A stretch of 22,072 nucleotides of DNA from Candidatus Rifleibacteriota bacterium (GTDB taxonomy: Bacteria > Muiribacteriota > Ozemobacteria > Ozemobacterales > Ozemobacteraceae). A program made the position numbers and the translations under genes. This document shows, one piece after another, positions 9,514-16,539 of the stretch. The DNA is taken from NCBI GenBank assembly GCA_051747585.1, contig JBNJGH010000055.1:1-22072 (forward strand), given 5' to 3'. Under the pieces are notes generated by a model that was not told where the DNA came from, did no database searches, and saw only the letters and a program-made list of their open reading frames with translations. The first letter of the stretch is position 1; every line of letters begins with the position of its first letter.

Positions 9514-10101
9514 TTAAACCTCTTTTTCGTTATTATCGTCTTCTTCGTCTTCTTCAGAATATTCTGCAATGGTTTCGCTATCGTCGAAATCGGTTTCTTC
9601 TTCTTCTATATACCCATCTTCAGGTTGCTCGACAACCGCGGCCTGGTTAAAACAATAGGTTGAGTATATCCAGGCAATCAATATAAAAAATACGGTTAGA
9701 CTGATCCCGAATATGCCCCAGAACGCGCCAAAAGATGGCTTTAAAGTATCTGCAAATATAAGTGGAATCGATCTAAACCAGCCTTCTTTGCCTAGTTCTC
9801 GGCCCATTGCGATGGCTTTGCTGTCATAACATATAATAACCTCATGAATGATGAAAAAAGCCGAAAACATTGCAATTGAAAAAGAAGTAAAATAGAGTTT
9901 TCTCAAAATTGCATAGATTCCCGCTAAACCTGCAATAACAGCAGGGAATCCAAGACCAAATTCGCGCCAGGTTCTTTCTTCGACAGGTGTAAAACTCATA
10001 AAATTTGAAACAATTAAAATAAAAAAACCAAGACCTGCAATTATTTCAAGCATTCCAACTCTATCGTTATTTGCAGAATAATTCTGTTCATTAACTTGCA
10101 T
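9514..10101 (-). CDS. Hypothetical membrane protein (about 4 TM) with strongly acidic C-terminal tail
   Basis: Four hydrophobic segments; tail EDGYIEEEETDFDDSETIAEYSEEDEEDDNNEKEV. GGAGA RBS upstream. Confidence 0.75.
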   Translation of the reverse strand: MQVNEQNYSANNDRVGMLEIIAGLGFFILIVSNFMSFTPVEERTWREFGLGFPAVIAGLAGIYAILRKLYFTSFSIAMFSAFFIIHEVIICYDSKAIAMGRELGKEGWFRSIPLIFADTLKPSFGAFWGIFGISLTVFFILIAWIYSTYCFNQAAVVEQPEDGYIEEEETDFDDSETIAEYSEEDEEDDNNEKEV

Positions 10102-10186
10102 TCAATTTCTCCACTATCAGAAATGATATGTTCAACTTATTGTCAGCAGATCGTTTTGTCAATCTTAATAAGCTGAATTGCAGACA

Positions 10187-11365
10187 TTAAATTTTATCGG
10201 TTATTTCATCAAGGCTGTTGAATAAACAATAAATTTCATGCTGATTGTTATAAAAAGTCGGGCTGATACGCAAATGGCCTTCCCGGGCCGAAACTATAAT
10301 GTCTTTCTTTTCAAGTTGTCCTGCCAGATAATTCTCATCATGATTTATTATTGCAAAACTTGTAATTCCGGAACAATTTTCAGCCAGAGGTTCATTTATG
10401 CCGGTTGCAAGAGCATAGTCTCTTTCTCGTGCAAGCTGCCTGGTTAGATTACTTAATTCCAGTATGTGATCAGAAATATTTTTTAAACCAATCTGTTCAA
10501 TAAATTTAAGAGACTGATTCAAAGCATAAATGCCGGCAATCGACATTCCGCCTGTTTCAAATCTGGTTGCGCCTGGCTTTAATTTCAGTTCATGCTTGAA
10601 AAAATTAGTCCAGTCCTCTACAGATTGCCACCCCACAACAGATTGTTTCAGCGATTCAGCCAGTTCTTTTCGACAGTAAACAAAACCAAGCCCTTCGCCG
10701 CACATCAACCATTTGTGGGCAGCACATGCCATAAAATCGACGTTTTCAACATTTAAAGGAAAAGCACCAAATTGTTGTACCGAATCAACTGCAAACAGAA
10801 TATTATTTTTTTTCAGAAATTTTCCTATTTCATCAATATTTGCCCGGTAACCGGAAAAGAATTGAACCGAACTTAAAGAGACCAATCGCGTTTTTTTGTT
10901 GATTGCTTCTTTAATTTGCTGTAAATCGACCCGACCGTCTTCACTTTTAATATATTTTACATTTACGCCTTTCTGCTCAAGGTTTAGCCATGGGTAGACA
11001 TTTGAGGGGAATTCGATATCTGCAATTAAAATTTCATCGCCTGAATTCCACTCAATGCCATTGGCAAGCATGCTCAATCCCTCTGAAACATTTTTGCTGA
11101 AAGCAACTTCGTTGATCTCGCAACCAATATAATCAGCAATGCGAGCCCTGGTGCCTTCTACAATATTAATTGTCTTTTCCCAGTGTTTTTCCCCTTTTTT
11201 GGAGCAGATTTGACAATATTTTTGAAATGCCCTTGAAGTATATAGCGTCATTGGTCCTATAGCCGCATGGTTCAAGTAAATACTGTCAGCGGTAACCGGA
11301 AAAAATTTTTCCCGGAATTCTTCTTTATGTATATCTGAAAAGCTAAAATCTTTTTTAAAAATCAA
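10187..11365 (-). CDS. Aminotransferase class V-fold PLP-dependent enzyme (not a canonical cysteine desulfurase)
   Basis: IYLNHAAIGP, EFPSNVYPW, VDSVQ (PLP Asp), AAHKWL (Schiff-base Lys), RFETG, LRISP.FYN. The TTG start overlaps the upstream TGA (TTGA). Confidence 0.88.
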   Translation of the reverse strand: MIFKKDFSFSDIHKEEFREKFFPVTADSIYLNHAAIGPMTLYTSRAFQKYCQICSKKGEKHWEKTINIVEGTRARIADYIGCEINEVAFSKNVSEGLSMLANGIEWNSGDEILIADIEFPSNVYPWLNLEQKGVNVKYIKSEDGRVDLQQIKEAINKKTRLVSLSSVQFFSGYRANIDEIGKFLKKNNILFAVDSVQQFGAFPLNVENVDFMACAAHKWLMCGEGLGFVYCRKELAESLKQSVVGWQSVEDWTNFFKHELKLKPGATRFETGGMSIAGIYALNQSLKFIEQIGLKNISDHILELSNLTRQLARERDYALATGINEPLAENCSGITSFAIINHDENYLAGQLEKKDIIVSAREGHLRISPTFYNNQHEIYCLFNSLDEITDKI

Positions 11366-11979
11366 ATCTCTTTTTCATCCACTTCCAGAAATCTTCTCAA
11401 ACATGTATTTTTCAGTGCTTGCGAAGGAGCGTCTTTAACTCCTCCTTTTTCATAACTTATATCAAGAATAAGCTTTGGCGTTTTAATAGGCGTTGTTACA
11501 ATTACAAAGATTTCTTTTTTATTTTTCTTTTCTACTTTTAGCAAATTATTCTTTACAAATTTATTAAGTAAACTATTAACAAGACTTTCGGCATAACCTA
11601 CTCTTTCTGAAAATTCAGGTATGTTAATAGAAATTTTTCGGTCTGAAGGTTTATCCTGTTCAAAATCTATTTCAATTATTTTCTTAAATACAGGCCAGGC
11701 CTCCGGACCATATTTTTGATTCAATTGAGTGGGAAGTCCGGAAAATTCTAACCATTTTGGAAATTTAAAACACATTTTGGGCTGTTTTGCTTTATCAGCT
11801 CTCTTTTCCCCGCCATCAGGATTAATAAACTTTTCCAGGTCTCTTTCGTTAACACGCCAATCACTGCCAACTTTTATACCAGGCAATTTTTTGTTTCTCA
11901 GCCATCTTCTAAGGACCTCAGTATTTATATTGAGAATTGCCGAAACTTCTTTTAAATTTAATAAACGGGATGAATCCAT
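11362..11979 (-). CDS. DNA-binding protein: N-terminal excisionase-like HTH_17 domain plus putative winged-helix domain
   Basis: LLNLKEVSAILNINTEVLRRWLRNKKLPGIKVGSDWRV is typical HTH_17. ISINIPEFSERVGYAESLVNSLLNKFVKNNLLKVE resembles a winged helix. Confidence 0.78.
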   Translation of the reverse strand: MDSSRLLNLKEVSAILNINTEVLRRWLRNKKLPGIKVGSDWRVNERDLEKFINPDGGEKRADKAKQPKMCFKFPKWLEFSGLPTQLNQKYGPEAWPVFKKIIEIDFEQDKPSDRKISINIPEFSERVGYAESLVNSLLNKFVKNNLLKVEKKNKKEIFVIVTTPIKTPKLILDISYEKGGVKDAPSQALKNTCLRRFLEVDEKEI

Positions 11980-12056
11980 AGTTTTTTTCCTGATTTTTAT
12001 TTAAAATTAAAATACCATGCACGCAGAGTAGTATCAACTATTTTGATTTTGATTTA

Positions 12057-12085
12057 TTGCAAAATAATACATTCAAAGTTAAGAT
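12057..12085 (+). promoter_or_regulatory. Putative sigma70-type promoter of the DUF364-fmdE operon
   Basis: TTGCAA (12057-12062), 17-nt spacer, TAAGAT (12080-12085); GGGAG RBS before the ATG at 12131. Confidence 0.55.
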
Positions 12086-12130
12086 AATATCTAACACTAC
12101 TTTGCATTACTATATCGGTGGGAGAAAATA

Positions 12131-12928
12131 ATGTCATTAATACTCGATGCAGTTAAATCAACAATTCCAGACTCTTCATACAATATGCCACTTGCTAACG
12201 TGGCTTCTTACGCTTTTATTACTACCGTAAAAACACGTAGAGTTGGCGTCAGCATGACTTTGAGCGACGACCGCATATTTGAATTCAAGGTAAAGTCATG
12301 TGTTCATAACATGGGGGCAGTAGAAGAGCTCGGATTAAAAAATATACTTAACTGGACAGAATCACTGAATGGAATAGAAAGATCCTTTGCTATTGCTGCA
12401 ATTAACAGTGCAATAGAACTTTCCGGGCAAAAATATTATACTGGAAATGCTCTTAAACTTACCGCAAAACTTGCAGAAAATAAAAATGTTGCCGTAGTAG
12501 GCCATTTTCCTAAAATGGATAACATTAAAGAGGTTGCCAAATCTTTTACAATTCTTGAAAAGCGGCCCCAGGAAGGCGATCGAAAAGCCGAAGATGCCGT
12601 AGAGGTTCTTCCCGAAGCCGATGTTATAACCGTTACTGGTGTAACCTGTCTCAATGACACACTTGAAGGACTTCTTGCCCTCAAAAAGCCCGGCGCTATA
12701 TTTATTGTTCTTGGTCCTACAGTTCCTCTAAGCCCGGTTCTTTTTGATTTTGGCGTAGACGTCATCGGTGGTGCATGGGCTGAAGACGAAAACGAAGTAA
12801 TGAAAATGGTAGCTCAAGGTGGAACGGCCAGACACATTAACAGTCTTCGCAATATACTGTTTGCAAAAAATCCAGAACTGGTTGCCGACTTTGGTGAAGA
12901 AATACAGCCACCCCAACAAATTTTATAG
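12131..12928 (+). CDS. DUF364/DUF4213 family protein (enolase-N-like plus Rossmann-like domain, putative heavy-metal chelation)
   Basis: ERSFAIAAINS, KNVAVVGHFP, ILEKRPQEGD, LPEADVITVTGVTCLNDTLEGLL, LGPTVPLSPVLFDFGVDVIGG. Confidence 0.88.
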   Translation: MSLILDAVKSTIPDSSYNMPLANVASYAFITTVKTRRVGVSMTLSDDRIFEFKVKSCVHNMGAVEELGLKNILNWTESLNGIERSFAIAAINSAIELSGQKYYTGNALKLTAKLAENKNVAVVGHFPKMDNIKEVAKSFTILEKRPQEGDRKAEDAVEVLPEADVITVTGVTCLNDTLEGLLALKKPGAIFIVLGPTVPLSPVLFDFGVDVIGGAWAEDENEVMKMVAQGGTARHINSLRNILFAKNPELVADFGEEIQPPQQIL

Positions 12929-12940
12929 CTTGAGATAATT

Positions 12941-13561
12941 ATGACGAGTCAATGGAAAAACGAATCGGGCGATTCTTTTGAGCAGCATGGTAATAAAATT
13001 TTAAAGCCCGTATATAACTGGTTACTCAAAGACTTAGAAAATCATTCCCCACAAAAGCTTGCCGGCCTTGACCTTCTTGAAATTGGTTGCGGCCCCGGGT
13101 TTATGAACTCCTGCTTTGCAACCGCAGGGATAAAAAAAATCATTGAGCTTGATATTTCTCACTCCATGCTTCTCAAAGCAAAATCCAGATCAGACAACAA
13201 AAAAACTTTATTGTTGCAAGCTTCTGCAGAAGCTTTGCCCCTGGCATCGTCTTCAGTAGATGTGATTTTCAGTCGTGGCTCCATTTTTTTCTGGCCAAAC
13301 ATAAAAAAATGCTTTTCAGAAATTCACAGAATTCTAAAACAACAGGGACTGGCTTTAATTGGTGGCGGCTATGGTCTTTCTATTCCCGACAACATATTAA
13401 GCCCAATTATTGAGCATGCAAAACAAAGTCGAAACAAGAAAAGCGTTCCCAGACTTGATCTTGACCAGTTAAAAGAATGTGTGCAGATTTATTTTCCAGA
13501 TGCAGAAATATTGCAGGCCCCCAAACGGGGCTTCTGGTTAAAATGCCGCAAAACAATTTAA
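12941..13561 (+). CDS. Class I SAM-dependent methyltransferase
   Basis: Motif I LLEIGCGPG, LDIS.SML, AEALPL.SSSVDVIFSRGSIFFW, EIHRILK..G...IGGG. Confidence 0.9.
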   Translation: MTSQWKNESGDSFEQHGNKILKPVYNWLLKDLENHSPQKLAGLDLLEIGCGPGFMNSCFATAGIKKIIELDISHSMLLKAKSRSDNKKTLLLQASAEALPLASSSVDVIFSRGSIFFWPNIKKCFSEIHRILKQQGLALIGGGYGLSIPDNILSPIIEHAKQSRNKKSVPRLDLDQLKECVQIYFPDAEILQAPKRGFWLKCRKTI

Positions 13562-13573
13562 AGAGGTGTTTTC

Positions 13574-14134
13574 TTGCAGGAAATAATATTCTTTTTTGAA
13601 AAGGGTGGAATCCTTTTTTATCCATTAAGTCTATTGGGGCTGGTCATTTTTTATTTCGGCTTTTATCAAATTTATTTTTGCTTGAAATGTGACTTCAAAG
13701 CTCCCAATAAAAAGCCGGATTGTAATTTCATCTGGGCTCATAAAGCCTACATCATGTCAGAAAGCGGCACCGGCTTTAAAGGTGCTTCTTTGATAGAGTC
13801 TCTTGAAATATGTTTAAACAAAGTCGAAGAACAAATGGGAAGAAAGCTTTCTACCATGAGGTTCTGTGGCCAGGTAAGTACTCTTATGGGTTTTCTTGGA
13901 ACTGTTGCCGGAATGGTTAAAACTTTTCAGGCTGTAGCCAAAAAAGGAGCAGCCACCCCTGCCCTGCTTGCAGGCGGTATTTACGAAGCTTTATTTACCA
14001 CCATTTTTGGATTGGTTCTTGCCATAATAGCAGCCGGCTTTGCCCATATTATAGAAACAATTACCCGTAGAAGAATTCGCAACCTTGAAGCAGAAATTTT
14101 ACAAAAACTTGAAATTCAAAAAAGTGAAGCTTAA
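13574..14134 (+). CDS. exbB: ExbB/TolQ/MotA family proton channel subunit
   Basis: FEKGG..FYPL TM1, LMGFLGTVAGMVKTF, LAGGIYEALFTTIFGL. TTG start with GAGGTG RBS. Confidence 0.88.
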   Translation: MQEIIFFFEKGGILFYPLSLLGLVIFYFGFYQIYFCLKCDFKAPNKKPDCNFIWAHKAYIMSESGTGFKGASLIESLEICLNKVEEQMGRKLSTMRFCGQVSTLMGFLGTVAGMVKTFQAVAKKGAATPALLAGGIYEALFTTIFGLVLAIIAAGFAHIIETITRRRIRNLEAEILQKLEIQKSEA

Positions 14135-14547
14135 TGGCATTACGTAGAAAAAAAAATATTAACGGTTCTTCCTTTTTGGATTTAACAGGGGCATCAGACA
14201 TTATTTTTACCCTGCTTTTATTTTATATTCTCACTCAGAACTTCCTTCCGGCAATGAGGGTAGATTTGCCTGAAATGACTAACAATGAGCCTAAACAAAG
14301 CGAAAATGCCCAGATAATTTGTATAAAGCCGGATTCTACTATTACTTACAACGACCAGGAATTCGACATTCAGCAGCTAAAATCACAACCGCAAAAACTT
14401 CTCAAAGTTCTTAATAAAAAAAATCCCGTTATAATTAGAGTAGATAAGTCATCCAGATCAGGCACAATGATTTCCCTTATGGATATTTTTGCCAGGTCAG
14501 GTCTCAGCAGCATTGATTTTCAGGGAATTCCCTATGTGGAGCCTTAA
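14134..14547 (+). CDS. exbD: ExbD/TolR family protein
   Basis: LDLT..SDIIFTLLLFYIL with the conserved TM Asp, VDLP, VIIRVDK...G.MI.LMD. TAATG overlap with exbB. Confidence 0.88.
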   Translation: MALRRKKNINGSSFLDLTGASDIIFTLLLFYILTQNFLPAMRVDLPEMTNNEPKQSENAQIICIKPDSTITYNDQEFDIQQLKSQPQKLLKVLNKKNPVIIRVDKSSRSGTMISLMDIFARSGLSSIDFQGIPYVEP

Positions 14548-15466
14548 AAAAATATTTAAAATTGCAAGTCCTGTAATTTCTTTATTTTTGGCTGTTACCT
14601 GCCAGGCAGTTATTTTTTTCGTTCTGGGTAATGTTCTTATGCCCGGGGAGGCCGTTAACCCGAATAAATTGCAGGTTAAAATTTCCAGTCTCAAAATAAA
14701 AAAAAACAAAAAACCAACCCAACCTTTGTCTCCTGCCTCCAAAACGGAAAAAAAACCTCCAGAAAAGACAAAAATTGTTAAACCCCCAAAAATTGAATTA
14801 CCTGAAACTAAAAAGCCCAAAATTAAATTGCCACCAAAGAAGCCCAAGCCGGTTAAAAAACCAAAAAAGAAAATTGGAACAAAAAAAACTCGTAAAATCG
14901 TAAAAAAAACAGGCAAAACTAAACCAGAAATTAAACCACCCAAATCAAAAGTTAAGCCGCCAAAACCACCCGAACCGCCTGAAGAAAAAATGATCCCTGC
15001 CGAAACAACCCCACCCCGAAAAGCAAAGAATAATCATTTAAAAAGCTTCGAAACTTTATATGAAAAATTAAAAAACAAACATAGAAAGTCTGACCAGAAC
15101 TCCCGAACCGTTGAGCAGAATACTCCAGAGCAAAGCAATTCTTCACAAACAACTTCGGAGCACCTGTCACCTCATCTGCCTGCTAATGAACGAAACCAGT
15201 TTTTGCAAAAAGTTTCTGAAATTTTACAAAGAAATAAAAGGTATCCAACAAGAGCAAGACGCAAAAATATTACCGGCAAAGTAACTCTTAACTTCAAAAT
15301 TAACAAGGATGGGCAACCATTTGATATTAAACTTGATTCACAAGCTCATAGCCTGTTAATAAAAGCTGCAGAAAGAATGATAAACAAAAGCAGATTTCCC
15401 AGGCCACCAACAGGCTGGGAAACTAATTTTCAGATCAGTGTCCCGGTAAATTTTAATCTCAAATAA
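14534..15466 (+). CDS. tonB: TonB family energy transducer
   Basis: N-terminal TM anchor, long Lys/Pro-rich linker, C-terminal YPTRARRKNITGKV.L.F.I.KDG...FP.PP...VPVNFNL. Start placed at ATG 14534 (overlapping the exbD end) rather than TTG 14489. Confidence 0.88.
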   Translation: MWSLKKIFKIASPVISLFLAVTCQAVIFFVLGNVLMPGEAVNPNKLQVKISSLKIKKNKKPTQPLSPASKTEKKPPEKTKIVKPPKIELPETKKPKIKLPPKKPKPVKKPKKKIGTKKTRKIVKKTGKTKPEIKPPKSKVKPPKPPEPPEEKMIPAETTPPRKAKNNHLKSFETLYEKLKNKHRKSDQNSRTVEQNTPEQSNSSQTTSEHLSPHLPANERNQFLQKVSEILQRNKRYPTRARRKNITGKVTLNFKINKDGQPFDIKLDSQAHSLLIKAAERMINKSRFPRPPTGWETNFQISVPVNFNLK

Positions 15467-15485
15467 ATCTTAAAAGGAGAATTTA

Positions 15486-16079
15486 ATGAAATTGCCCGAA
15501 ATAAAAATAAGCCTTGAGGATTATATAAAAGGGCTTGATATTGCCTTGGATTTTCATGGTCACATTTGTCCCGGAATGTACAATGGTGTAAAAATGGCAT
15601 TGGGGGCTCAACAGTTACTAGAACTAAAAAAATTTCCACATAGAGATTTGATACTGGTTACTGAAATTGATCGTTGCTTGACAGATGCTTTAATGATAAT
15701 CACAGGTTGTCGCATGGGAAGAAAATCTCTTAAATTTAAAGACCTCGGAAAATTCGCCGCAACTTTTCACATTCTTGAAACCGACAAATGTTTTCGTCTC
15801 AGCCAAAAGGACGGTATTGTAAGCAAAACTATGAAAGAGATAAATAAAGCCGGCATTGATTATCATGACCATAAAGCAGGCGCTGAATTCTTTTTAAAAA
15901 TTCCTTTTTTCGATCACTTTTCCTACAAAAACACTTCTTTAAACTTCAGCAAAAACGAATTGCCGGGCAAACCACTGGTTAAGGTAAATTGCACAAAATG
16001 CCGTGAAACAGTAATGGATAACAAACATGTAGAAATAAATAAACAACCATACTGTAAAAGCTGCCAAAGCCTTATTTAA
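15486..16079 (+). CDS. FmdE-like (FwdE family) protein with C-terminal zinc finger
   Basis: FHGHICPG, E.DRCLTDAL..ITGC.MG.KSL...DLGKFAATF, C-terminal CTKC...CKSC. AAGGAG RBS. Confidence 0.9.
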   Translation: MKLPEIKISLEDYIKGLDIALDFHGHICPGMYNGVKMALGAQQLLELKKFPHRDLILVTEIDRCLTDALMIITGCRMGRKSLKFKDLGKFAATFHILETDKCFRLSQKDGIVSKTMKEINKAGIDYHDHKAGAEFFLKIPFFDHFSYKNTSLNFSKNELPGKPLVKVNCTKCRETVMDNKHVEINKQPYCKSCQSLI

Positions 16080-16145
16080 GCTTTCCAAAATTCTCGTTTT
16101 TCTGTTTCCTTTAAAATAGTATTTTACTTAATCGTAAAAATTACC

Positions 16146-16204
16146 TTGAAAAAAAATCAAATCTGTTACATACTATTATAAGAAGTTTGTGATTTTTTTC
16201 ATTA
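16146..16204 (+). promoter_or_regulatory. Putative promoter followed by a Rex/CRP-like operator upstream of the hydG module
   Basis: TTGAAA (16146-16151), 17-nt spacer, CATACT (16169-16174). TTGTGATTTTTTTCATTA at 16187-16204 matches 11 of 14 specified positions of TTGTGAANNNNTTCACAA. Confidence 0.45.
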
Positions 16205-16254
16205 ACTACTAAATTCTGAGTTGAAGGGCATTGCCTGACATCGAGGAGAAAAAA

Positions 16255-16524
16255 ATGACTAATAATGCCGATCAAAAATATCGAAGGCTTGGAGTAATAG
16301 CGGTAATACTTAAAGCTCCGGAAGAATCCTTCAATGACTTTAACAACCTGCTGCATAATTTTTCAGATATTATAGTCGGCAGAATGGGTATTCCCTACAA
16401 AGAGCGCAATATTTCAATTGTTTCTGTCATTGTCGATGGAACAAACGAAGAAATTGGCGCTTTATCCGGCAAAATTGGTCAACTCCCTCAGGTCAGCGTA
16501 AAGTCGGTTTTAACCAAATTCTAA
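16255..16524 (+). CDS. TM1266 family putative iron-only hydrogenase system regulator (ACT-like fold)
   Basis: RLGVIAVI...N.LLH.FSDIIVGRMGIPY.ERNISI.SVIVDGTNEEIGALSGKIGQL..VSVKS. GAGGAG RBS at 16243-16248 supports ATG 16255. Confidence 0.9.
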   Translation: MTNNADQKYRRLGVIAVILKAPEESFNDFNNLLHNFSDIIVGRMGIPYKERNISIVSVIVDGTNEEIGALSGKIGQLPQVSVKSVLTKF

Positions 16525-16539
16525 CTGCAGGGGGACACT

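Noticed and set aside
10187..11365. SufS/IscS cysteine desulfurase supplying sulfur to HydG
   Set aside because: The catalytic Cys loop motif is absent.
11362..11979. Prophage or integrative element suggested by the excisionase-like HTH
   Set aside because: No integrase, att-like repeats, tRNA or phage genes, and no evident compositional break.
12031..12110. NikR/Fur-like operator upstream of the DUF364 operon (GTATCA, TAATAC, TAACAC half-site-like words)
   Set aside because: The half-sites do not form a convincingly spaced palindrome, so I cannot support it without a comparative motif search.
14497..14943. 148-aa hydrophobic minus-strand ORF
   Set aside because: Its Phe/Gly/Leu richness is just the reverse complement of the Lys/Pro codons of tonB.
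14690..14990. Tandem repeat or frameshift-prone poly-A tracts
   Set aside because: Low-complexity Lys/Pro coding sequence with an intact frame and no discrete repeat unit.
15486..16079. Formylmethanofuran dehydrogenase / methanogenesis pathway
   Set aside because: No fmdA/B/C/D genes; FmdE-like proteins occur widely as stand-alone metal-binding proteins.
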